Shown here: positions 37,153-47,960 of the stretch, in pieces
How positions within the stretch are numbered: position 1 is the first letter of the stretch
Layout of the letters: every line of letters begins with the position of its first letter
Assembly (NCBI RefSeq): GCF_018977255.1
Contig: NW_024704742.1
Span: 10,852,001 to 10,916,000, forward strand
DNA length: 64,000 nucleotides
Reading direction: 5' to 3'
Origin: Callorhinchus milii
Taxonomy: Eukaryota
Notes under the pieces: generated by a model
What the model saw: the letters and a program-made list of their open reading frames with translations, nothing else
What the model was told of the DNA's origin: nothing
Database searches by the model: none
Translations under genes and position numbers: made by a program

Positions 37153-39370
37153 ACATTCTATAGTCAGCTAGAGTTGAAGTGGAAGGAAACTGGGGGACCA
37201 CATGCAAATCTTAAATCCTGAAGCCTCAATTGTGGATGTCACAAAATAATCCATTACACAGAATCCATGACATCCTGGAAGTTTTCCCAAACTAGAAGGG
37301 CTTATTTATTGCCTTTCCCTGGAGGAAAGAACTGATTATTTGGATCTGAAGGAAATGTACATGTTCATTTCTTTGGAATTGTATAAGTGTGGGCAAGATG
37401 GACTGTGCTCCTTGGCAAACCTATGTAAAAATCTATCAGCATGCTTAAGAGTATCGAAACCAGACTGGGTTCCACATATGTATGTCATGTACACGTGGAA
37501 ATTGCCATGTGTCTGGAATGAAATGTGCACTCTCTCCCTACTTACCGAATTCTAGGAAAGTATTAGCTGCAGGTTGGCAAGAACCAAGGCTTGGGGATTG
37601 GTGTCCATTGAGGTACTGCTGGAGTTTAACCAGCTAAAACTCAGTCATTGTCATTGAAACTGTTGTTTCGCATGCTTCAAGTTTCTTCCAGGTGCACCCT
37701 ACCTGGTAGTATTCTTGTTTGCAAGGTTAATATCAAGTAAGTAGTACAAATATGTCACAATTGTGATTTTCAAATGGTAAATGAAGCCTGTATATGTATA
37801 TATATATATAAATGTTTATAAATGAAGCCTTTCACCTCCCGACGTGAAAGGCGCTATACAAATGTAAGCTTGTTGTTGTTGTTGTTGTATAGGAGCACAT
37901 ACCAATCACCCCCAAAGTGCAATTCAGCCATCAATGTGGTCGAATCTGTCAACTTTGGTGTGATTTGTTAGTGGGGAAATCAGACACATATTATTGGTGA
38001 ACTCATCTCCAACAGGACCTAAGTTCAGGATATCCCAATCTGATTCCTTTTTCAATAATCCTGTCAGAAATTGCACCACATATTAGACCACACTGTTGAC
38101 CTTCAGAAGCTATTTGTGAATGTAACCAATTACGACATTTGCAGAGTATAAGTTACAACAGTTCAATCTGACACTTTGTAATACACTGTTGTATGTTTTA
38201 CTGATCTGTAACATCGCCTGATCTAGTTTCCATCTACCCAATTGTTTGCATACCCTTTGGAGCAGAATACATGCATACAAATGCAGTTTGTTAAAGGACA
38301 TCTTAAAACTTTCACCTATTATTGACTAGCTGTCACCTCAGTAAATGTATATTTTCAGTCTATGTTACAGAAGGCTGTAAAGCACCAATTAACAGCAGCC
38401 AACTATATGCATTGTACGTGAGGTTGAATACATAATACCACATCAGTGAAAATGTATTGTATCAGAGCAATGGAAAGAACTGGCTCATTATATTACATTT
38501 GACAAACTAAAACACAAAATCTCATGTGTACAACATCTGTGACTATTGGAAGACATATGGAGGCTTATACCACGAGCCATGAAGCTTTCCACAGTTAATA
38601 TTATCCAACAAGGAAGAGACGCATCTCCTCCAATAGGCAGGACATCTCTGGAAGCAGCTTCATCCTTTTTCCACAGATCTCAGGTAATGACTCAGAATGC
38701 CTCGTACCAAATTTTTCTATGAAAGCGGCTTCACGTTGAATTGCAGGTGACAAAGCATTGTGGAAACAGTGTGCCCTCATAATACCTGCATTATATTGGT
38801 GTTGCCCCGGTTGTATGTCTTTGAAATAGACTCCATCTAGACTTTTTGGTATTATAATAATAATAATAATAATAATCCTTGCATTTGATATAGGGCCTTA
38901 TCGCATCTTTGTGACATCCCACAGCGCTTCACCAAATATACTGTAAAGTAAATCGGCTGTATCTTTTTGTGGGCGAAACACAGCAGTCAATTAATAAGAT
39001 TAATAAGCAACCATTTTCTGTATTTACCACAAAGTATCTCCTCTTCCAGGTACTCCCTTTGTTTTATTGTTGTCATTGGATTCACCAGGAGTTTGACAAT
39101 GAAATCCTTTGCCTTCCTACAATGCAGCACTTCTCCAGTACCTCACTGAAAAGTCATCTTATACTGGGAGCTCAGGTCCTGCTGTGGGGTATTAACCCAC
39201 AAATTTCTGATTCTGAGTCAAAAATACTACCAATTAATAATAATAATCCTTGCATTTGATATAGCGCCTTATGTCTTTGAGACTCAAAACATTTCACAGA
39301 ATATACTGTAAAGTGAATTGACTGTATATGTTGTTGACAAATTGAACTAATTTCTAACACATTATACTCA

Positions 39371-39664
39371 TTATCGCCCTCCCAGATACCATACCCTCTG
39401 CCTTTATAAGTAGTTTGAAATATTCCCCTGTGTGAAAAGTGCCAATCACTTCTTGGAGTTTAATCTGATTTTGGGTCATTCTAAAATGTTAGTAGGAAAT
39501 AACAGGCAAAAAAAGTAGTGTACAAGCGGTCTTCATTCTCGTGCAAATCCGGCCTGACTTTCTGAATCAGTAGCATTATTATTAATGATAAATACATTTG
39601 ATACAGCGCCTTTAATGTTGGGAAAGCATCGCAATGCACTTCACAAAATATACTATAAGATGTA
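39371..39664 (+). repeat. 294-bp dispersed duplication, copy 1
   Basis: Matches 41767-42060; I counted 4 substitutions by eye. Confidence 0.93.
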
Positions 39665-40687
39665 TACTTGTAATGAGAGCACGTTAAAACATATCTTCAA
39701 TGTACAGCATGTGCACTATATTCTAGTCTATAGAATGGCAGTGAAATAAGCTAAACAGAGAAAGAAGTCTAGATTTTAGACAGTTGTTTGCAGAATAGTT
39801 TGGAGCCCTCTGCCCCTCCCTCCCTGAAATTTACGTCGAAATGACTTTGTGAGAAATTTGCCCATGTTTTAATTTTTCTGGCTATATTGCCAAATGAAAT
39901 TTTTTTCCTCGGTAGCTGAGAGCACTAGCCTTTACACTCACATTAGTGTGCATGCACTGCAGTCAAAATATTTAATGTAATGGATCAATTCCCTGCTAGC
40001 GTTGGGCACACAAAGCACTATTATTCAGTGTTCCAGGCAGTCAGGTTATTTGATATAACTCTTTGAATTGCATACCACAGTGCACCTTAATTTCATAACC
40101 TGTGCCCTGAATCTCAAATATTTTGAGGAGGGCATTGTCTGCTTTGTAAAAGACATGGCAAGTTAAGACAGTGTGGCAGCATATGCTCCTGGAATGAATA
40201 CAGCCTGCCAAAGACTGTTTCACAAACATTTATCCTACAAAGATTATAGGTGTCTAACTCACATTGTTTGCTAATGCTTGTGAAAGTTTGGGATTGGGAA
40301 ATTCCTTCGAATGCAGAAAAAAAGGTCAGAGCTCTGAGATGCTATGCTGCTTGAAGGGTGCTGTATAAATGGAAGTTGTCCCCTCACCCTGACCATTTCC
40401 CCCCTGCTCGGGTCATGACCCAACTGTGCAGCGCCTTTGGACGTCCTCCTGACGTGAAAGGCGCTTTATAAATGGAATCTTGTTGTTGTTGTTGTTGTTG
40501 TTGTTGTGATCATTGCTTGTTAGTAGTAATTGTGCATCTTTCCAATTAAGCAACTTGCAATTAATTCACGAGTATCTGCTATAGGTACCTGGCTCTTCCA
40601 GGAAGTTTCTCCTTTACTTCACCCACAGAATTCCCTTTAGTGACATCTCAATATGTATGCGGATGACTCCCATCGCTACCTTTCTGT

Positions 40688-41103
40688 AAAAAAAACGCAA
40701 AATACTGCAGATGCTGGAAATCTGAAACAAACACAGAGATCACTGGGAATACTCAGCAGGTTAGGCAACATCTATGGAGAAAGGAAAGTAGGTCAACGTT
40801 TCGGGTCCGTGACCCTTCATCAGATCTGGGGGATGTTGGGAGGGAGAGGTTTTAAGGACTAACAGAGAGGGGAGGTGGGGCAAGAAAGACAAAGGAGAAA
40901 ATGGGGTGGAGGACAGGGAATGATGGATTAAAGAGGTGTTAATGATACAAAACATAAGAGGGCAGCAGAGGCAGACCAGAGAGAGAGAATCTGTGTCTGG
41001 GACCCAGATGATGTGATAATGGTCACAGAAGAGAAGTAGGGAAGGGGGAGGTAAACTGTTATGGGAGATGGGAAGATGCAAGCTTATAGTCTGAAGTGGT
41101 TGA
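40688..41103 (-). mobile_element. 5'-truncated Penelope-like retroelement inserted in an L2 RT fragment, 12-bp TSD
   Basis: CTACCTTTCTGT at 40676-40687 and 41104-41115; terminal AATACTGCAGATGCTGGAAATCTG...TACTCAGCAGG...AACGTTTCGGG...CCCTTCATCAG is a shark repeat I recall as Penelope-type; host encodes YADD. Confidence 0.72.
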
Positions 41104-41344
41104 CTACCTTTCTGTCTCCAGTCTTGAAACCAGGAACACTGTCAATCTGAGCCAGACATGGCCTCAACACTGCCAACAACTCGTTATTTGGGGCATTGCC
41201 CTTCATCTCCAACATCTCCCGCCTCCAAAACCCTCCTTTTACCTTTTGCCTCCAGATCTGACGTTTCTAACATCCTGCTTTGCCATTTTGCCGAGCTACA
41301 CCCTGCAGTCCACATTATCTCCCGCATCAGACTCTGTGATCCCA

Positions 41345-41487
41345 TTGATCCTCTCGACTCTCTCCCCCCTCCTCGCTCCCTCCCTTCCCTCCCCCTGACC
41401 ATTTCCCCCCTGCTCGAGTCTTGACCCAACTGTACAGCGCCTTGGGACGTCCTCCCGACGTATAAATGGAATTTTGTTGTTGTTGTT
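41345..41487 (+). mobile_element. Young L2 3' terminal fragment
   Basis: CTGTACAGCGCCTTGGGACGTCCTCCCGACG...(TTG)n. Confidence 0.82.
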
Positions 41488-41766
41488 TTTGTTCATATCT
41501 CCTAATGGGTGAATTTTTAAGATACTTTTTCTTCAAATACCTGAGACCGTGTCTTACTCTACCTCTGGAATCTTCTGACATTCTTCTTGCTCCATCAAAT
41601 CTGGTATCCTTTATATCCCCACCTGCTCTGATCCACTCACCATCAGCACAGGGAGCTTTCAACCACTTTGGCCCCAATATATGCAGCTCTTCCAAAATCC
41701 TTGTCTGCATATTTTTCCCTCCTCTTCTTTGACTCTGCCTTCAGCCAGACCTCCCCTCCAACTCTC

Positions 41767-42060
41767 TTATCGCCCTCCCAGATACCATACCCTCTGCCTT
41801 TATAAGTAGTTTGAAATATTCCCCTGTGTGAAAAGTGCCAATCACTTCTTGGAGTTTAATCTGATTTTGGGTCATTCTAAAATGTTAGTAGGAAATAACA
41901 GGCAAAGAAAGTAGTGTACAAGCAGTCTTCATTCTTGTGCAAATCCGGCCTGACTTTCTGAATCAGTAGCATTATTATTAATGATAAATACATTTGATAC
42001 AGCGCCTTTAATGTTGGTAAAGCATCGCAATGCACTTCACAAAATATACTATAAGATGTA
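41767..42060 (+). repeat. 294-bp dispersed duplication, copy 2 (likely donor)
   Basis: Matches 39371-39664 and is continuous with flanking repeat remnants. Confidence 0.93.
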
Positions 42061-43414
42061 GTGCATTTGTAGGCAAACTAAAGAATGACAATAGCTTTGA
42101 TATTTTCCCCTTGCCTCTGGTGCCAGGACAGGGCAAGGCATTGTGCTAACAGGACAGCAGAGCAGTGTGCCCTGTGTACTGCCGCAACCTTGGACTCTGA
42201 CAGCAAAGTCAGCCGGGGCAGTGGTGCAAATCTGGTGTGACTTGATGAAACCGTCACATCCTTCACCAAGATAAATTGCTCAGCTGATGATTATGATTGC
42301 TTCTGTGCTTTTAAAGTGAAAATTATTCCTTATCTTAGAAAAGATTTGAACTACACTAAGGAACACAAATGAGAAAACAGTTGTTAGGGCTGTGTACTTC
42401 AGACGAAGGAGCATGGATTTTTTTCCTTTCTCTCTGCTGAGGTCAGATAAGGGTTCTTTAACTTTGAAAGCAAAGATGTCCGAGGCTTTGTGGAGGCTTG
42501 TGAGCACTTTCAGTTACCATCAGCTGTCACAAAAGATCACTTTAAATTACTTGAGCTGTATTTTATTTATGATACACAAACACTCCACCTATAGTGTTCT
42601 GCATTTTAAAGTGCTACTGTTGTGAAAATAGCATTCACTTTAGGCTTGTTATCAATGGTGAAGCTTCATAATGCTGGATATTCAGACATATATTATCACA
42701 GAGTACATGGTACATCCAGACAGACTACTTTTACTTACTACAGGCAAGCTGGGTCATTTTTTCTGTACACATCAAATTGATGAACACATAGCTGATGGTT
42801 TGAAATAGAACACTTTCAAGAAACCAGTGCTGGTATCCAACAATCTCCTGCCAGGTAAAGCATGCTGAGGTGAAATATCTACATTTATATAGAACTGTTT
42901 AATTTGGACCACTTTGCAAAGTGATTCACATATCTGACTGTGAAATGCATAGAAAATGTCCTGCTCCTCTTTGCCCAACAATTCCCTACTTCAGCACTTC
43001 CCACATCACCTCAGTCAGGCCTACACAGATCTTGCCTTATACCTAAGGTAAGAGGTTATAGTTATGTGGAGACAATGAAAAGTGGAGTGGAAGAAGAGTC
43101 TTTCATAATTGAGTGGCTTTGATGGGGTAACAAGAGAGACTATTTAATGATTTGGAAAATGATGAGGGCAATGTTGAGAAATTTATAACCAGAAGAATGA
43201 GATTAGCACAGAGAAGGCCATTGGGGAGGAAGTACCAGGACAGACTTAGTGGACTGAATTGTTGCTTCCTTGTTGTAAACTTTGCATGGGTAAAGTCTGC
43301 CTAAACTCATTCAGGTGGAAACCTTCTAGCTAACAGACTGCAAACCAAAGGTCTAAAGAGTAGAACAATGTGTTTTTTGCTGCATGTACCCCAACACACA
43401 CTCTGGTTCACAAA

Positions 43415-43688
43415 CCTTGCCAACCTGCACTTAATATTCTCTGGAATTAGGTAAGTAGGATGCATCCCTCCTAATGAATTTCCATATGTAGGTGGCACTC
43501 ATTGAACTCTGTCTGGTTTGGATCCTCTTAAGCATGGTGATGGGTTTTCACATGTGCCAGATACCCCGCTGACCAAAAATATTGCCATCAGGCAGAGGAG
43601 ATGCCATCCCATTACTTTGGGCTGGATTCACACATAGATTCCAGAGGTGAACGTCTCGTGTGCTAACCCACTGTGGTAGCTGGTTCCC
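43415..43688 (-). mobile_element. Ancient tRNA-headed SINE-like element (unassigned family, six copies in window)
   Basis: Reverse complement has head CACAGTGGGTTAGCAC...TTCACCTCTGG...GAATCCAGCCC and core TGGTCAGC...AAACCCATCACCATGCTTAAGAGGATCCAAACCAG, shared with ~28205, 37410, 45851, 50602 and 52195. Confidence 0.7.
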
Positions 43689-43719
43689 AATGTAATCATA
43701 CAATAATAATCTTTGACAT

Positions 43720-44100
43720 AGTAATAAATAATCCTTTGCATTTTAGGGGCACTTAGAATATTACAAAACATTTCATAAGTATTTTACTGTTAAGTTTAAT
43801 GACTAAGTATACATAGGCAAGCTCCCTCAAATAGCCATGAAGTGGAGTTAATCTGGAGGATTTTTGGCCAGAACACCATGAGAAACATTTTCTTTCTGAA
43901 TAGTGTTGTGGGGTCTTTGTCTGACTCAATAGGCAGTCATGTTTAATATGTCATTTGAAGGATGGTCCCTCTAACATTGCAGCATTCCACCAGGACTGGC
44001 GTGTCAGTCTAGATTGTAATCTTAAAGTCCTAAAAGGTTCTCGAATTTGCAATCTTCTGACCTAGAAGAGAAAGTGCAATTAGCTGGGCCAAGCTGACAC
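43720..44100 (-). mobile_element. Old Deu-domain SINE
   Basis: GGAGGATTTTTGGCCAGAACACC...GTGTCAGTCTAGATT...GCCAAGCTGACAC. Confidence 0.68.
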
Positions 44101-44467
44101 TTGATGTAAGTAACTTTGGGGATCTATCAAGTGGAATAATGAGTCAAATAAAATAGGTTGCATTCGATGGATTGCGTTCACCTAGAAGAATAAAGTAATA
44201 CTGTCATCCCAAGCCCAAGTACTAGTACTTAACTATTTGCAGGTAAAACTTTTGGCTCGAGATATAGATCAAGTTGAGCATGAAGATTTGCTAACTGGTT
44301 AAAGGTACCTCCTGTGCAGTGCTAAATGATCAAGTCTAGAAGACCATAGTTTAATTCTTGATTGATGCTGTGTTGGCTGATCTCACCTGGGACGGCAGTT
44401 CAGCAACTATAACATTGTTGACATTGTGCTTTGGGATGGTCTCTTGGTGTGAAAGACCCGGCAGGTC

Positions 44468-44717
44468 AGGGCGAAACCTTGGGCAAGTTTCCTTACTCCA
44501 CACAGAGCCTAATAATAATCCCTCCAAAACCAAAATAATAAATTGGTCATTTTCAATCTATGACTGTTTGTGGGACATTGCTGTGCGCAATTGGCTGCCG
44601 CGTTCGCCCACAAATGTACAGTCAATTCACTTTACAGTGTGTTCTGTGAAGCGCTTTGGGACGTCCTCCCGACGTGAAAAGCCCTATATCAAATGCAAGG
44701 ATTATTATTATTATTAT
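44468..44717 (+). mobile_element. 5'-truncated young SINE
   Basis: Starts at AGGGCGAAACCTTGGGCAAG; near-identical to the 22508 copy thereafter. Confidence 0.92.
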
Positions 44718-46380
44718 ATAAATGTAAATTGTATTGTATGCTCAGATGTAATAATGACCATGCAGGCTGGCAGGGCAAACAGCCAGAAAGTAAACCAACA
44801 ACAACAAATTAACAACAAATTACATTTGTATAACCACTTGCAGGAGTGGAGAAGGGACATGAGCAAATGCAATTTACACCTTTGAAAGATTGACTGACAT
44901 TTGAAAGTTTGCTGTAATCTTCGCTTTTTCCATTTGAAGGTAGACAGAGCCTGAGGAACTCTTCTCATTATTGTGGGTATTTATTAACCACTAGATATGT
45001 GCATTGTGCATTGTAGTACCCACTGCCTGTCATGTAGTTGGATAGATTACTTATTTATAGAAGCATTTACTAGATGCCAACAACAAACTGCCTGTATATT
45101 TTTTAATGAATAAATGGTGCTTCTGTGCAAGTGTGTATTTTTGCATGGCATATAGAAATAGTCTGCTTTTCTGAGTTTGACAGAATAGGTGGCAGTTCAA
45201 CACTATACATTGGAGTAGAGACCTACTTGGAATAAGCAGCATACAAATAGAACAGATGTACATTTGAAAGGATTACTGTAAAAAAAGAAGAAAACTGTAC
45301 CCGCGAGTACAACTCCAGTTTAAATCAGTCCTGGACTTCATTTTTTTTATTTAAACAGAAAATGAAATATTAGCATTGGGCGATCCCAGTTGTTGAAAGC
45401 AGAAAGCAATAAAACTAATACATGATGGCTGAGACAACTCTGCAACGGAGACCTAGCAAGGGATCAACTATGTTTGGTTAAACTGAGTTCCAGACATCAG
45501 TATTGTCACAATTACCTGGCTAATCATCTCATCTCTGACTGTACAGTTGCTGACACTGTATATTGTGCTGTATATTGTTGCCAGATTCCAATGTTGACAT
45601 TTTGAACTGTACAACCAGCTCTCATGGGCTAAACCCAGTTTTGTCATTCCCAGTGCTTTTATAGCAAGGCACTGTACACACTTATATGTCTTTATTTGCC
45701 CCTCTCTGTTGAATCAACTGCCTGGGGTAGCATTCAGCAACTCATCGAAACTCATGACACAAACACAAGAGCAATTTGAAATCGACCATGGTATGTATAA
45801 TACTCCACAACATGATTTAAGCTGAATTAAAATTCTCACAATTTTTTGTTTTGGTCAGCTGGTTGTCTGACACAAGCAGAAACCCATCACCACATTTAAG
45901 AGGAACCAAACCAATCTGAGTTTTTTATGCTCATGGAAATTCCCATGTTTGAAATGAAATGTAGACTCTCTCCCCTGAGGGAAGAACCCTGCTTATCTAA
46001 TTCCAACTAAAACTGCACAGCTTGCCATTGAAAGCAAAATCTGGAAAGCTTCCCTCCGCTCGTCCAGATAGGACCACCTATCCGTTAGGTCTTTGGCTAA
46101 GGTTATCAAAACACAAAGATTTTCCTCCAGTAAACATACAGTTTTCTCTTAACTCTTTATTAGCCCTTTTCTCGCTTGCTCTCTTTCCTGGCCAGTTGAG
46201 AGGAAAAGCAATTTATTCCAAGCTTCTGTCAATGTTGGACCACAAGTATGAGAGTAACTTGGGTTGCTGTCGTCTAAGCACTCCGAGATGCTATCCGGCT
46301 TGAAGGGCACTATACAAATGCAAGTTGTTGTTGTTGTTAGGTTACTTTGCCCTTCCCTGTTTTCCTTCTCTTGCTTCCTA

Positions 46381-47100
46381 GGTGTCAGCCTAACTCAGTT
46401 GGTAGCACTTCCGTCTCCAGATTGTGGTTCAAGCCTCACTTGAGACTTCAAATTTACAGTCTACGCTGACACTCCAGGATAGCGCTGGGTAACGCTACAT
46501 TGTTGGATGTACTGTCTTTGGGATGAGAGGTTAAACTGAAGCCCCGTCTGCCTGTTCCCGTGGATAATAATAATAATAATCCTTGCATTTGATATAGCGC
46601 TTTTCACGTCGGGAGGACGTCCCAAAGCGCTTCACAGAACATACTGTAAAGTGAATTGACTGTATATTTGTGGGCGAACGCGGCAGCCAATTGCACACAG
46701 CAATGTCCCACAAACAGTCGTAGATTGAAAATGACCAATTTCTTATTGTTTTTGGTTTTGGAGGGATTATTATTAGGCGTGTGGAGTAAGGAAACTTGCC
46801 CAAGGTTTCGCCCTCTGCCTGGAATTGAACTCAGATCTCTCACTTGCAAAGCGAGTGCTCTAACCACTGAGCTACAGGATGTTAAAGATCTTATGACACT
46901 TCGAAAAAAGAAGGGAGTTTCTCCTGGTGTCCTGGCCAACAATCCTCCAAATTAAATTGATCATTCACTTTATGGCTGTTTGTAGGACCTTGCTGTGCGC
47001 AAATTGGCTGCCATGTCAATAAAACAGTCACTACACTTTACAGTGAATACCGTGAAGTGGTTTGAGACATCCTATTGACATTGTCAATTGTAAGATTACT
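46381..47100 (+). mobile_element. Deu-domain SINE split by a nested young SINE
   Basis: Head GTGTCAGCCTAACTCAGTTGGTAGCAC; Deu core broken at GTGGAT|GTTAAAGATC. Confidence 0.85.
46565..46879 (-). mobile_element. Young tRNA-Ala SINE nested in the Deu SINE
   Basis: Near-complete copy; GGAT repeated at both junctions. Confidence 0.93.
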
Positions 47101-47654
47101 ATAACATCACAGCAAAATCCAGAGAGAAGCCAGAGATCAATGGTTGAGGTTTAAATCTGGATTATCCTACCAGTGGTGAAATACATTGTTACCAGGTTGT
47201 TGCACCAGAGGACCAACCCATCAATTTATCTTAGAGGAAAGTCAAAGCTAAGTATGCACCTGATGTTTTTCTGCGTCTGAGATCCTTCTCAGCTGCAAAC
47301 TGCCAAGCCAGGGATTTGCAAACCTTTGTTTCACTCGCTCAAGACATCTTTCCAAATGGGTTACCAAAAGCAGCATTTAGGATAAAGAGTGGGTTGAGGT
47401 TTCATTGTTAACAATAATAATCCTTGATAATCCTTGCATTCGAAGGAGTGCCTTATCACATCTTTGAGACATCTCAAAGCACTATTTATTCTGACAAGTG
47501 GATTGACTGGGTATTTTGTGGGTGAAATGCGCAGCCATTTGCACACAGCAGTATCCCATGAACAGCCATGCAGTGAGTGACCAATATTAGTTGAGGAATT
47601 GTTGGCCACGACACCGGGAAAAACTCACAGGCAGAAAAAGTTATACTTTCAGTT

Positions 47655-47960
47655 CATGAGCTCATAATCTAGGCTGGCGCTACTACCTGGGGACTACTGT
47701 ATTGTTGGCAGTGCTGTCCTTTGGATGAATTGTTAAACTGAGGTCCTGTCTGCCTGTTCAGGTGGATGTTAAAATCCAATGGCACAATTTGAAAAGAGAA
47801 GGGAGTTTCTCCCTGTGTTCTGGCCAACAATCCGTCAGATAAAGTTAATCAATCACAATGTGGTTATGTGTGGGACATTGCTGTGTTACCCATGTTTGCC
47901 TACAAAATGCAGTTATTACATTTACAGTAAAAGTTTTGTAAAACATTCAGATGTTCTGAC
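47655..47960 (+). mobile_element. Deu-domain SINE
   Basis: GCTGTCCTTTGGATGAATTGTTAAACTGAGGTCCTGTCTGCCTGTTCAGGTGGATGTTAAAATCCAATGGCAC. Confidence 0.8.

Noticed and set aside
38677..38683. 7-nt microexon (CCACAG|ATCTCAG|GTAATG)
   Set aside because: Short pyrimidine tract with nearby upstream AGs and a frame-shifting length; expected by chance in 64 kb
39371..42060. LTR retrotransposon bounded by 294-bp direct repeats
   Set aside because: No TG...CA termini, PBS/PPT or TSD; the interior is ordinary genomic DNA with unrelated repeats
44358..44885. 175-aa ORF and the similar recurring ORFs containing GQVSLLH...NWSFSI.DCLW...[12 protein letters not shown]
   Set aside because: Translations of the SINE consensus; the recurrence reflects repeat copies, not a gene family
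46086..46106. U2 snRNA-like GGTCTTTGGCTAAG
   Set aside because: Match is too short and lies inside the ancient SINE-like copy; the rest of U2 is absent
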